A stretch of 34,558 nt of DNA from Myxococcales bacterium (GTDB lineage Bacteria; Myxococcota_A; UBA9042; JABWCM01; BTVJ01): NCBI GenBank assembly GCA_045863395.1, contig BTVJ01000078.1, positions 1 through 34,558 on the forward strand. Reading direction: 5' to 3'. Under the pieces are notes generated by a model. It was not told the origin of the DNA, searched no databases, and worked only from the letters and a program-made list of their open reading frames with translations. Below are positions 18,311-26,918 of the stretch, piece after piece. Position numbers and translations under genes: made by a program. Every line of letters begins with the position of its first letter. The first letter of the stretch is position 1.

Positions 18311-21274
18311 ATGGCGCAGACCGGATACGTCCCATCCTTCGAGCGGGCCACGTCCGAGACTGCCCTCGCGCGCGCGTGGGCGCACGTCCGGGCAAAGCGG
18401 TCCGCGGCGGGCGTCGACCGGGTGACGGTGGATCAGTTCGCCGAGGGCGTACAGGCCCGACTCGGCGAGCTGTCCGCGGCGCTGCGCAGCGACTCCTGGC
18501 AGCCGCTGCCGGGGCTGCGGCTCGCGTGTCCCGCTCGCCCTGGGCGCGAGCTGGTGATCCCCGCCGTAGCTGACCGGGTGGTCCAGCGCGCGATTGCGGG
18601 AGAGCTGACCCCCTTCTACGACCCGCGCCTGAGCCAGAGCGCCTGGGCGTATCGGCCCGGCCGCTCCGTGGGGCAGGCAGTCGCCAAGGTGGAGCGCATG
18701 GTCCGCGGGGGCATGGGGTGGTACGCCCGGACCGACATCGAGAAGTTCTTTGACCGGATTGATCGGCCTCGGCTGCTGGCGACGCTAGCCGACGAGCTGG
18801 AGCCCCGCATCGTGGAGCTGGTGGGACGACTGCTCACCGCGGGCGCCCTGGAGGGGGCCGTGGTCTTCGATCCCGGCCTGGGAGTCCCCCAAGGGAGCGC
18901 CCTGTCTCCGCTGCTCTCCAACGTGTATCTACGGCCTGTAGATGCGGCCATGGAGGCTGCGGGCTTCGCCACCATCCGGTACGCCGACGACATCCTGATG
19001 CTCGGGGCCACGGAGACCGAGTCTGCCGACGCCCTCGCCTGTCTCGGCGACGCGGTGGAGCGGCTTGACCTGAGACTGTCTGCCCGCAAGACCGCCCGGG
19101 GACACGCCGGCGGCGGCTTCGTCTATCTCGGGGTGCGCTTCGACGCGGGCGGGCGGGCTCCGACCGCGGAGGCGCTGGACGCCCTCGACCGTCGCTGCGC
19201 GGAGAGCGGAGACACCGCGGTTGGGACGCTCGTGCGGGAGTGGGAGCGGTGGTACGGACCGGTCCCCGTGCGCCGCGTGCGATCTCTCGCGTTGCTGGCG
19301 GCCCTGGTGGAGCAAGCGGTCCCAGAGTCTCCACTGGCCTCCGCTCTCGCACGCAGGCGCATGGAGCTCGGCGACGTGCGCGCACACGCAGGAGTCCACG
19401 AGCGCCTCGCCGGGCTGTGGTCCTGCGCTCCTGCCCACCAGGAGTTCCTGTGCGCACTCCTCCTCGATGCGGCGGCCGTGGCGCGGAGCGGCGACTCCGA
19501 ACGCGTGGCGCGGGCGGCGCGGTTCGCCGGGGTGCCCTTGTCGGTCATGCCCGCGCTCGCGAAGGGGATGGACCGCGCACGGGGCGCCCTCGGGGCCTGC
19601 GGGCGGGTGTCTCTGGCCCAGGCAGCGCGGGCGCTCCTCGAGCGAGGGCGGTGGGCTCCGCTGTCCGGGGAAGGCGCACCCGAGGAGGTCGCGGCGGCGG
19701 TGCAGGCGCGAGAGCTGGACGTGTGGGTGCGCCGCCTCGACGGGCGCGAAGGGGTGCACGCCGAGGAGGAGGTCGACGGACGGGGACACCGGCAGCTCAA
19801 CCTGGTGAGGGGACCGCTCACCGCCGACCACCTGCGACGGCACCTGGCCGGAAGGGCGCGAGTCGGGGTCTACCCGGTGCGCTCGGACCAGACGGTGAGG
19901 TTCGCGGTGTTCAGCGTCACCGTGAAGCGGGAGGCGATGCTCCCTCCCTGGGCGGCCGCCGCGGGTGCAGTCCGCCCAGACGACGCGCGGGACCGCTGGC
20001 AGGCGCTTGTCGGGCGGGCCCACGACCACGCCGTGACGGTGGGGCGCGCCATGCACCGGCTGGGGCTCGACCCGCTGCTGGAGGACACGGGCACGACCGG
20101 GCGCCGCGTCTGGGTCCTGTTCGCGGACCCGGTGGAGCTCCGGCACGTACACGCGCTGCTCGGGAGAGTCGAGGAGGCGGTGGGGGAGACGCCACCCGAA
20201 CTGCACCGGGAGCGCGTTCCCGCGCTGGACCGCGTCCTGAACGCGCCCGGGCCTGCCGTGCTGCTCCCCCTGGGGATTGACCCCCGGAGCCGTCGCCGGA
20301 GCGCCTTCGTCGACGTGGGCGGAGCGCCCTTCGAGGACCTGCTGAGCCCGCTCCTCGAGCTGACTGGGGCAGCGCCCTCGGCCATTCGCGGGCTGGTCGT
20401 GCGGGGAGGGCAGCGGACGGAGGACGGCCCGCGCAGCTCAGCAGCCCTGAGGCTCGTGACGCCCTATCCGCGGGCCTTGCGAGTGCTGGCAGGGTGTGCC
20501 GTGCTGCGCGCCCTCGGGGACAAGTTCGCGACCCTGGACCACCTGGAGCGGGAGGAGCGAGCGTCTCTCATCGAGGCGCTGTCGGTCCTGCCGGACCCCG
20601 ATGGATCAGGGGCGCTGGGGGCGCTGCTCCGGGCCACGGAGGGGACGGCGGCGGCGGATCTGCGCTACCGACTGCGTCGTCGGCCGGACCATCCGGTGAG
20701 CTGCGCCAGGCTGCGCCAGCGGCACCCGAAGGCGGCCGCGGCGGGGTGTACGTGTACCTTTCATGGGCTGCACGGAGGAGCGTACCCGACGCCGGCGCTA
20801 CACACGCTGCGGCCGGGGGAGATCCCGGCCTTCCGGGCGCGCATGGAGGAGCGGCGGGCGCGGCGGGGTGGAGCGGGCGGCGCGGGCGGAGCGAGAGGCG
20901 TGATGCCCATCGGCCCGGCGCCTCGGTTGGAGCGGTCGGACGACGGGCGCGGCGGGGTGGCGAGCGGCCCCGTCGAGACGCAGGCGCCCACGAAGCCGCT
21001 CCATGTGGCGACGGAGGCAGGCACCGGCGCCGAGGACGACGGCGCCCGTCCCCTCGACCAGGCCGAGCTGGTCCGCCGCGTCGAGCTGTGGCTGACCAAG
21101 CTCCAGAATCTGCGGACAGCCGCGGAGAACACGGCGCGGGGAATCGCGCGCGCCGAGGAGAGCCTCGCGAGGCTGCTGTCGTCGGCGGGTCTTGACCGAG
21201 TCAAGGTATCACAGGGCTCACTGGTGCTCGTCCCGGGCAGTCCACCTCGCTTCAAGCTGGAGAGAGACCTCTAG
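18311..21274 (+). CDS. CRISPR-associated reverse transcriptase fused to a degenerate CAPP (AEP + PriCT-like) module
   Basis: RT motifs AAGVD, IPAVADRVVQ, AYRPGRS, DIEKFFDRI, PQGSALSPLLSNVYL and RYADD (YADD at 18980-18991). The C-terminal half aligns by eye with the upstream CAPP. The ATG is 2 bp after the cas2 stop; 987 aa. Confidence 0.9.
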   Translation: MAQTGYVPSFERATSETALARAWAHVRAKRSAAGVDRVTVDQFAEGVQARLGELSAALRSDSWQPLPGLRLACPARPGRELVIPAVADRVVQRAIAGELTPFYDPRLSQSAWAYRPGRSVGQAVAKVERMVRGGMGWYARTDIEKFFDRIDRPRLLATLADELEPRIVELVGRLLTAGALEGAVVFDPGLGVPQGSALSPLLSNVYLRPVDAAMEAAGFATIRYADDILMLGATETESADALACLGDAVERLDLRLSARKTARGHAGGGFVYLGVRFDAGGRAPTAEALDALDRRCAESGDTAVGTLVREWERWYGPVPVRRVRSLALLAALVEQAVPESPLASALARRRMELGDVRAHAGVHERLAGLWSCAPAHQEFLCALLLDAAAVARSGDSERVARAARFAGVPLSVMPALAKGMDRARGALGACGRVSLAQAARALLERGRWAPLSGEGAPEEVAAAVQARELDVWVRRLDGREGVHAEEEVDGRGHRQLNLVRGPLTADHLRRHLAGRARVGVYPVRSDQTVRFAVFSVTVKREAMLPPWAAAAGAVRPDDARDRWQALVGRAHDHAVTVGRAMHRLGLDPLLEDTGTTGRRVWVLFADPVELRHVHALLGRVEEAVGETPPELHRERVPALDRVLNAPGPAVLLPLGIDPRSRRRSAFVDVGGAPFEDLLSPLLELTGAAPSAIRGLVVRGGQRTEDGPRSSAALRLVTPYPRALRVLAGCAVLRALGDKFATLDHLEREERASLIEALSVLPDPDGSGALGALLRATEGTAAADLRYRLRRRPDHPVSCARLRQRHPKAAAAGCTCTFHGLHGGAYPTPALHTLRPGEIPAFRARMEERRARRGGAGGAGGARGVMPIGPAPRLERSDDGRGGVASGPVETQAPTKPLHVATEAGTGAEDDGARPLDQAELVRRVELWLTKLQNLRTAAENTARGIARAEESLARLLSSAGLDRVKVSQGSLVLVPGSPPRFKLERDL

Positions 21275-21276
21275 GA

Positions 21277-23472
21277 TCACCACAGGTTGTGGCGGATTCC
21301 CCCAAGGACCGCGCGCCCGCGCTCGGGCCAGGTCGCGGCTTGATCGAGGCACCCGAAGTGGCCAGCCGATGACGGAGGGGCCGTCTCGTCCCAGGCGCTG
21401 GTGCCGGCGTGGGCGATGACGGCCGCCTGGAGCTCGCGGAAGGCCGAGGCGATCTGCGGGGTGCAGTCCCGGGCGTGGTCGCTCAGCGCGAGAGCTCCCC
21501 GGAGCGCGGCGGCGCGGCCGAGGACACGGAGGACTCCCTCGCCGCGGAGGTGCGTCGCTGCATCCGAGTAGGCCGCTGCGGCTCGCTCGGCGCCGGCGCG
21601 GTCCGTGGCGACCCGCTCCTCGAGGAGCCCGACCGCCTGCCGGATGAGGCCGAAGGGGTGCTGCGCCCTCTCGCCCTCGGGCCAGGCGTCGAGGGGAGAC
21701 TCCGCGTGCCACCGGGAGAGGACCTCGCGAACAGAGTCGAGTGGCGAGAACACCGCATGGCCCTTGAGCTGCAACGCCAGCACGAACTGCTGCCCTCTCT
21801 GGCGGATGGGAGACAGTGACGCGACGGCGAGGTGCTCGCAGACCTCTCGCCAGAGAGGGGCGCCGCTGGCGCCACGGTCGCACGCCAGGTGCCCGAGGTA
21901 GACCCACTGTCGCTCAATGTCTCTCGGGTCATCCATGTGATCGAGCGCGACTCGAAACGCCACCTCGGCAGTGTCCGTGTGTCCCGCCATGGCCTCCACC
22001 TGCCCCAGGGTCCCGTAGCAGGCCCCGACCGAGCGGGACCGAGGAGTCTGGCCGATCACACTCGCGAGGCGCCCGATGGACGACTCCTGCAGGTGGATGA
22101 CCTCCTCGAGAGTCCTGCGCGCCTCGTCGAGATTCAGCCGGTCGAGGAGGCTCACTGCGCGCCGGTTGCGCACGTCCGCGACGGTGTCGATTCCCGAAGC
22201 GCCCCGAGCGGCCAGCGCCGGCTCGTCCCGGAGATACTCCGCCCACAACGCCTCGGCCTGCGCCGAGTCTGCCATGTGGTTGGCGGCGGACAGACGCGCC
22301 CGCGTCCACTGCACCCGGATCCTCACGTCGGCCGCGTCGCCCAGGTCGAGGAGGCGGTAGCACCTCTCTGCGCGGATCAGGCCAGCCTCGAGCCCACCCG
22401 GCGCGTCGATCTCGTCGCACGCCGCGTCGAAGGCAGCCCTCAGCAGGGGAGACTCAGCGGCCAACAGGGGCGCGGCCTCGGCGTCCAGCGCCTGGATCAG
22501 AGCGGAGTAGCGCAGGCGCTCGGTCTTTGGGGCGGTGTCCAGGTCGCGCCTCCGGGCCAGGAAGCGGTCCAGAGAACGCTGCTCGATGGCCTCGCGCAGA
22601 TCCGCCAGCGCAGAGAGCCACGGCCCATAGGAGACTCGCGCGAGGATTGGGACCAGGGGCTCGGTCATGGTGGTCGCGCCCCTGGCAAGCCGCAGCTCAC
22701 GCTCGCGCTCTCGTCCGAGTGCCAGGTCTGCCAGGTAGAGGGCAGCAGGGCTTCGCCCGCCGGCGTAGTCGATGGGCTCGACGCTCACACCGGTCAGGTT
22801 CAAGCCGGTCCGGGCCCATCGGTCCTGGCCGGCGGCCCACACGAGCGCGCGGAGCTCCCGCTCGCTCACGATGCCGTGTATGGCGAGAGCCGAGTGGCCG
22901 CGGCGCCTCATCTCACGCACCTTGTAGCCCAGCGCCTCCAGCGCCTCCCGGTCCGCCGCAGTCCCCGCAAACACCCAGCTCCGCTCCGCGACGTGCAGGT
23001 GCAGCTCCCATGAGGGAGACGTGAACGCGCGAAGCAGAGTCGGGTCGGTGAAGACCAGGTGCTCCAGCAGCCCGAACAGCATGGCCACGTAGCGATTGTC
23101 CCGCTCCCTCTCCCTGACGAAGCGTGGGCCTTCGGTCACGCTGTCTTGCCTGTGCATGACGGTCACGCCACGGACGCGTCCATCGGGATCGACCTGCGAG
23201 ATCGCAGCCTGGAGGGCCGTGGCCAGCGCCTCCCGCTGCTCAGGCCCAAGCGCACAGTCGCCCCCATGAAGATCGCGGGGCATCTGGCCGCCGACGCTCT
23301 CCACGGCGGTCCGGAGCGCCTCCCGCAACCGTGCGTCGAGCCCGTCGTCGTAGGGGCCGAGTACGCACACCCCGCCGACGAGTCTCACGTCTCCGGCCTC
23401 GTTTCTGTCGATTCTGCCGCTCTCGTCGATGAAAATGTGTACATCGTTGAACGGTGCTCGCAGATTCTCCAT
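21277..23472 (-). CDS. Hypothetical protein: N-terminal RNase H-like (DUF3800-like) domain plus C-terminal TPR-like helical region
   Basis: HIFIDESG...LVGGVCV and LYLADL resemble DUF3800 motifs. A TPR-like segment reads GACYGTLGQVEAMAGHTDTAEVAFRVAL. GGAGG precedes the ATG at 23472; 731 aa. Confidence 0.7.
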   Translation of the reverse strand: MENLRAPFNDVHIFIDESGRIDRNEAGDVRLVGGVCVLGPYDDGLDARLREALRTAVESVGGQMPRDLHGGDCALGPEQREALATALQAAISQVDPDGRVRGVTVMHRQDSVTEGPRFVRERERDNRYVAMLFGLLEHLVFTDPTLLRAFTSPSWELHLHVAERSWVFAGTAADREALEALGYKVREMRRRGHSALAIHGIVSERELRALVWAAGQDRWARTGLNLTGVSVEPIDYAGGRSPAALYLADLALGRERERELRLARGATTMTEPLVPILARVSYGPWLSALADLREAIEQRSLDRFLARRRDLDTAPKTERLRYSALIQALDAEAAPLLAAESPLLRAAFDAACDEIDAPGGLEAGLIRAERCYRLLDLGDAADVRIRVQWTRARLSAANHMADSAQAEALWAEYLRDEPALAARGASGIDTVADVRNRRAVSLLDRLNLDEARRTLEEVIHLQESSIGRLASVIGQTPRSRSVGACYGTLGQVEAMAGHTDTAEVAFRVALDHMDDPRDIERQWVYLGHLACDRGASGAPLWREVCEHLAVASLSPIRQRGQQFVLALQLKGHAVFSPLDSVREVLSRWHAESPLDAWPEGERAQHPFGLIRQAVGLLEERVATDRAGAERAAAAYSDAATHLRGEGVLRVLGRAAALRGALALSDHARDCTPQIASAFRELQAAVIAHAGTSAWDETAPPSSAGHFGCLDQAATWPERGRAVLGGIRHNLW

Positions 23473-23605
23473 GTCGTACCCTCCCGTGAGTTGGACTGTG
23501 AGCTCGCCCGTTGTCGTCTGCGCCGCGGAACCATACCACAGTCGAATTCCTTTGACACCGGGGGGACAGGTAGGCGACCTTCGCGGGTCTACGGCGAGGG
23601 AGATG

Positions 23606-24337
23606 ATGGACACGTTCATTTGCACGGTTGGCACGTCGGCGCTCACCAACACGCCGCCCCCCGGGTCCCGCCGGGCGGCGCTCGGTCTCAGCTTCGAGGC
23701 TCGGTCTACGCTGGGTAAGCCGGGGACTTTCGGGAATCAGCAGCCCTTCCGCGAGGCTGCCGTTACCGACTACGTGGAGGTGCTCGGCCGGGCGGCGGTG
23801 GCTGCCAATCGGGGTGACGAGGCCGTGGTGCGGGACCTTCTCAGGCAGGTGTCCGCCGAGCTGAGCTCCCTCGCCCTGCTGCGCTTCATGAGGGTCAGGC
23901 GCGGCCTCGGACGCGTCGTGCTCGTCTCGTCAGACACGGGACCAGGGAGCATCGCCGCGACCATCGTGGGTGAGGCGATTGAGAAGTGCTGGCCGGTGGA
24001 GGAGCTGCACACCGAGCTGTGCGCAGGGCTCGATCCCGAGGATCAGGGCCGGTTTCTGGGCACTGGTCTCCAGAACCTCCAGGAGCTTGTAAAACGCAAC
24101 GTCGAGACGTGGCGGGACGGAACCGTCCATCTGAACATCACGGGCGGCCTGAAAGGGGGGATTCCGTTCTTGACTGCCATCGGCATGAAGCACGGCTTGC
24201 CCATCGTGTATCTCTTCGACCAAGGGCTGGGAGTGAGCTGGATCGACGGCCGGGTCCTGGCCTTGCAGGTCCAGGGCGGCGGAGACTGGGGCTCCGCGGC
24301 AAAGAGCACCTCATTTGCGGACATGCCCCTGGGATGA
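23606..24337 (+). CDS. Stand-alone CARF-domain protein, APE2256/Crn1-like (putative ring nuclease)
   Basis: FICTVGTSALTN, SAELSSL, SSDTGPG, FLGTGLQNL, LNITGGLKG and IVYLFD are hallmark motifs of this family. No fused nuclease domain. Confidence 0.82.
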   Translation: MDTFICTVGTSALTNTPPPGSRRAALGLSFEARSTLGKPGTFGNQQPFREAAVTDYVEVLGRAAVAANRGDEAVVRDLLRQVSAELSSLALLRFMRVRRGLGRVVLVSSDTGPGSIAATIVGEAIEKCWPVEELHTELCAGLDPEDQGRFLGTGLQNLQELVKRNVETWRDGTVHLNITGGLKGGIPFLTAIGMKHGLPIVYLFDQGLGVSWIDGRVLALQVQGGGDWGSAAKSTSFADMPLG

Positions 24338-25566
24338 GCACAGTCGGCGAGGTGACCACAGCGACGCCGGGCGAGTTCTGGCACCGGCTACGCAGCGATG
24401 ACGCGGGGAGGAGGATCAGGCCCCCCGCTGGGCATCAGCCGACCACGTGGCTGCTGGACCTTCCGCAGGACGATCCGATCGACACCCTCCGCCAGATCCC
24501 GATGCGAGCGTGGCTGCCGCAGGACCTGCGAATCCTCTTCGACGGACTGGCGGGCCCCATGCAGTCCCGCGTCGCTGACATGGAGCGGGCGCGGGTGCGG
24601 CTGTGGCTGCTCGACCAGCCGGGCCTGACGGAGATCGGGCTCTCGGCGACACCAGGGGCACTGCGCGACGTCCGACGCTGGCTCTATGATGCCACGGAGT
24701 CGCCCGCATCGACCGAGGCGCGTGTCCATCGGATGCTCTCGCCCTACGACGTGGAGGAAGAGATCGCCCGCGTCGGACGCATCGCCGACCGCGAGGCCGG
24801 GCGCGTCGGCGGCATCCGCCGGGACCGCATCATCACCCGTCCGCTCGCGGAGGCGGCCCGCGCCAGTCTCCGGAGGCGCTATGCCTTTGGCGTCTGGAGC
24901 CCCGGCGACCCGGGCCCGTCGGGCTTGACCCGCTTTGCGACTCACCCGGGCACGTGGTCTGTGCCTGCGCTGCTGCTTGCGGTGCTGAGCTGCTCGGGGC
25001 ACCTGCCGTGGTGGGCGCCTACGGCTTGGATGACGGTGGCGCTCGTCGTTGCGTGGGGGCTTGCCCGCTCCCGGATTCCGCTGGTGGCGATGCCTCGCCT
25101 GGCGGCCGCCATCGGCGTCGGCATGCTCATCATCGCGCTGACCGACGAGGTGTGGCGGCTGTCCATGGGGCCGTGGTCCTCGCGTTCCCTGTGGCTCTCG
25201 AGCGCCCTCATCGCCATCACCTTCGGATACATGGTCATGGAGGTCGCAAATCGCGGCGTTCGGCTGTTCGCCGCGCTGAGCCGCGCCCTCTGGCTGACCG
25301 TGGCTGGTGCCGCCCACGCGGCGGCGATTGCGACCCTCGGGCTGGCGGCGCTGGGGGAGGGGTTTCGCGGAACCGTGGAGGCGCTCTGGCTCGGCCTGCC
25401 CGGCAGTGGTGGCCCCGTGCTCGGTCTCTCCGTTCCCGTTGTCGATGGCCATCCTCCGCTGGTCCTGCCGGCTGCCGGAGTACTGCTCCTTGGCTCGATG
25501 GCGCTGTTCGTCGGGGTCTTCGTCCAGCTCCTCTGGGAGGAGCAGGCCCTGACAGAACGGGTGTGA
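24334..25566 (+). CDS. Hypothetical multi-pass membrane protein with an N-terminal soluble domain of about 200 aa
   Basis: The ATG overlaps the CARF gene stop (ATGA). About six hydrophobic segments in the C-terminal half; ends FVGVFVQLLWEEQALTERV; 410 aa. Confidence 0.75.
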   Translation: MSTVGEVTTATPGEFWHRLRSDDAGRRIRPPAGHQPTTWLLDLPQDDPIDTLRQIPMRAWLPQDLRILFDGLAGPMQSRVADMERARVRLWLLDQPGLTEIGLSATPGALRDVRRWLYDATESPASTEARVHRMLSPYDVEEEIARVGRIADREAGRVGGIRRDRIITRPLAEAARASLRRRYAFGVWSPGDPGPSGLTRFATHPGTWSVPALLLAVLSCSGHLPWWAPTAWMTVALVVAWGLARSRIPLVAMPRLAAAIGVGMLIIALTDEVWRLSMGPWSSRSLWLSSALIAITFGYMVMEVANRGVRLFAALSRALWLTVAGAAHAAAIATLGLAALGEGFRGTVEALWLGLPGSGGPVLGLSVPVVDGHPPLVLPAAGVLLLGSMALFVGVFVQLLWEEQALTERV

Positions 25567-26514
25567 GAGCTGGCCGCGTGGCTCGGTGAGGCGAGCGACG
25601 GTCGTGGAGGGGCGTACCGAGACCGGAACTCTTGACACTCCACTCCGTTTCGGACACAAGATCATCCGACCCTCAACGTGGGTGCCGCCTGTGCTGACCA
25701 CGCTCAAAAACGTGACGTCCGACCATGCTACGGCAGGTGCGCCCTCATCAGGCCCCGCAGCGAAGCGTGTCAGTGCGACGTCCCGCGAGCGTGGGTCCTA
25801 CGAGCACGTTGCATCGTCGCTGGCTGCGGGCTCATGTGGCCCTGCCACACCGAGTGGCCAGCATGTGGCAGGGGCGCGCATCGTTGATCGGCATGGTCGA
25901 GGGGAGGTCCCGAACGTCCCCCCGTCAGAAGCTCTATATATAATGATACGACGAGCAGCCGACGAGGCCCGACGCGTGTACCGCGAGGACGGGGCAGAGC
26001 CTCTGGCACGGCAGGGGAAGGGCCCAGGCCCCAGGCACCGTCCCGGTGAGCAGCACTCCTCGCCTGCGTGCCGTCGGGAGGCTCGTCGCGAACGCCACCT
26101 CCCCCGCGGCCACAACCCGGCGCACCTCCTGGCTGCCAGGAACGCGCTCACCTGGTCCGCACAGCGCCCGGGCGCCGGACGCACCGTCGCGCCAGGTGGC
26201 GAGTGCCGACGGTCCGCCGGCAACACCGCCAGCCGTTGCGCTATGCCAAACCTGGTCCCGGGCGCCGAGCACCGGTGCTCCGATATGGAACCGCCCTGCT
26301 GCGTGTCACTCCATCGCGGCCGGATCGACGCGACCCACTCATCGCACCCTACGGAGGGCTCGACCTTTGGCCGCGCACGTCGCGACCTTTTCGACGCCTG
26401 CTCCAGCGAAGGGCCGCGCCTGCGGCCCTCGGCCCAATGCCCAGCAGCATCCCAGGCTTGCTGTTCAAACAGGACCCCGAGCAAACTACAGGGCGGTTCG
26501 CAAGGTTCGCGGGA

Positions 26515-26551
26515 GGCACTCCTCCTGGCTGCGTCAGGAGTGCCATTTTTT
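26515..26551 (+). terminator. Putative intrinsic terminator
   Basis: GGCACTCCT (26515-26523) pairs with AGGAGTGCC (26536-26544) and is followed by ATTTTTT. Confidence 0.55.
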
Positions 26552-26699
26552 GTCACCGCCTCCCCTCCCGCAGAGCCCCCGTCACAACGCCGACGTGAGT
26601 GCTCCAAGCTCTATGAAAACAGCGCATTACGCTCTCGTGCCTCACTCTTCATCAGCTCGCGAGGTGACTTCGCTATGACGTCCATGTCACACCCCAAGC

Positions 26700-26918
26700 C
26701 CTCCGCCCGCGAACCTCCCCACGCACGCGTAAGTCCGCGAATCCTCGTGGAGGTTCGCGGAAAAGGACGGCTCCATGAAAACTAATGATTTCCGAACGTT
26801 GCGCTGCAACGGGTACGCCAGACCCCAGGCCAGGGGGGAGGGTCAATGTTTTGCCCCCCCGAGGTTCGCGGATCGGCCACCGCAGGGCCAGCAACGGCGC
26901 CGTGTGCTGAGCTGAGGG
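26700..26918 (+). promoter_or_regulatory. CRISPR leader
   Basis: Lies directly 5' of the first repeat. Contains a 12-bp inverted repeat CCGCGAACCTCC/GGAGGTTCGCGG (26707-26718, 26749-26760), a further GAGGTTCGCGG at 26861-26871, and an AT-rich IHF-like patch at about 26778-26791. The degenerate repeat is at the far end of the array. Confidence 0.75.

Noticed and set aside
23986..24333. N-terminal extension of the membrane protein ORF, or a CARF-TM fusion
   Set aside because: It overlaps the CARF gene in a different frame. The clean ATGA overlap indicates two coupled genes, not a frameshifted fusion.
25586..26785. 399-aa ORF upstream of the leader
   Set aside because: No RBS or recognisable motif, Ser/Arg/Pro-rich composition, and it runs through a terminator-like hairpin and leader motifs.
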